Assembly (NCBI RefSeq): GCF_006345805.1
Contig: NC_042998.1
Location: 83,762,001-83,826,000 of the forward strand
DNA from: Octopus sinensis
Taxonomy: Eukaryota
DNA length: 64,000 bases
Reading direction: 5' to 3'
The first letter of the stretch is position 1. Each line of letters begins with the position of its first letter. Made by a program: the position numbers and the translations under genes. Positions 62,808 to 64,000 of the stretch are shown piece by piece. The notes under the pieces were generated by a model that saw nothing but the letters and a program-made list of their open reading frames with translations, had not been told where the DNA came from and searched no databases.

Positions 62808-64000
62808 TATATGAAATGAAAAATGAAAATGATGATTAATGGGGGAAACAAGCGACGCCCGCCGATCGCTGTTTCCCGAGAACATTGATCTCTTATATAT
62901 CATGAGGCAACAAACCTACACTGTTCACAATATTCAATAACAAAATGAGGCACTAAGCCTCTTACCTTTTTTCCCAAACTAGGAATTTTCAATGACACTG
63001 AGGTTTTTCAACCTCTTATCCATATTCCTCTCCAACATCATCCACGCCTCATTCAAGCACAAAGCGAGTACCGTGTCGGCGTCGCCCTGCCACAAGCGAT
63101 ATTCCTCATTAAGCTCCCCCAGCCAACGCAACACGGGCAACGTTATGACCTCCACAGCTATCTGCGGAGGCTATTCGGGATCCCGTGTACAGGCTAAAGG
63201 TACTCCCTTATGGTGCTTTTCCAACACCTACACTTCTCCGCCTCTGTAGAAGAAGACCAATAATTCGTCTTCCTCCGAGGGTGAGGTAGTCACTTCTACC
63301 GTCGGCAGCACAATTCCCACCGACGAGGTTCCGGGACACTCGGGTACTATGTCACCGACTGCCGGCAATGTCCCGTTTCTCTTCCTTTCCTCTCTTTTTT
63401 ATTAACTGATGGAAGGTGCATCTCCTCCGTGAGCAGGAGATTCGCCTCCCCTCCCTCATCCCTAGGATCCTTCGGTGAGCTCCCAGTGTTGCTAACCTTC
63501 TTCCTCTTGCGGCCCTTCTTTGAGGAGTCCTCCGCCTCATCGGCCGCCTTCATTCCCTCTTCTACAGGGGTCTCAACCAACTGCTCCAGGACCTTACTAT
63601 GTTCCTAGGGACAGTTTTTCTTTATATGACCAGGCTACAAGCACCGATGACACCTGGGGGGGGGCAGCCTCAAGAATCTCCGGGTTCCTGCACCTGGACA
63701 TTTTCAAAAAATCTGGAAAAACCAGATTCTTGGCTGATTGGGTCCACAGGATCAAAATAGCTTTTGACCCAACCCAATTAGCTGCAGGCAAAATTTTCAC
63801 ATTGAGGAGTTTGGCTCCGCTGCCACCCAGACTCCGGCGGATAGTCTCCTCTATCACCTCGGGTTCTAACCCGGGTGGCAACCCGCAGACGCAAATTCTT
63901 ATCAACTTCTTCCCACAGTACGTGAGAAGAAACAAAATCTCTTTACCCTCCAAGGGCTGGCTTGCAAATTTGCGAGCCTCCTCAGGGGTGTCAAATAGCA
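62808..64000 (-). mobile_element. Non-LTR element with decayed gag-like ORF1 (RRM-like and CCHC), 3' hairpin and repeat tail; continues beyond the window
   Basis: IRICVCGLPPGLEPEVIEE..., then after a frameshift PPRCHRCL*PGHIKKNCP (CX2CX4HX4C, ~63610-63660), a charged linker, and a mostly open frame to ~62982. Hairpin at 62843-62877; (CATTT)n-like tail at 62808-62835. Confidence 0.8.

Noticed and set aside
62992-63249. 85-aa plus-strand ORF
   Set aside because: Antisense shadow of the ORF1 element.

Overview
AT-rich eukaryotic DNA saturated with microsatellites and transposon relics. The SINE families and repeat density point to an octopus genome (inferred from recognition, not verified). One host gene is supported: the last two coding exons of a synaptotagmin-family gene on the minus strand (52294-52414 and 41163-41467). 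They are joined by a phase-1 GT-AG intron of about 10.8 kb and encode a complete C2B domain. No C2A or transmembrane exon was recognised in the window. The rest comprises at least four tRNA-headed SINE families (my labels A-D, more than 35 copies), non-LTR relics (CR1-group RT, R4/Dong-type, Tx1-type, Penelope GIY-YIG, gag-like ORF1 elements), DNA-transposon derivatives (Chapaev3-like, mariner, hAT-, piggyBac- and Merlin/hAT-like MITEs) and simple repeats. Best observations: (1) a CR1 3' tail shared with SINE-B, including a covarying stem-loop; (2) an apparently ORF1-only retroelement with a 3' hairpin and repeat tail; (3) a ~630 bp fold-back palindrome with a perfect 42-bp core stem; (4) several nested insertions with readable target-site duplications; (5) partial loss of Ca2+ ligands in the C2B domain. 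No rRNA, true tRNA or CRISPR array was seen. Most ORF-track entries are microsatellite artefacts. Repeat boundaries are read by eye (about +/-10-20 bp unless a TSD fixes them), and superfamily names come from remembered motifs, not database searches.
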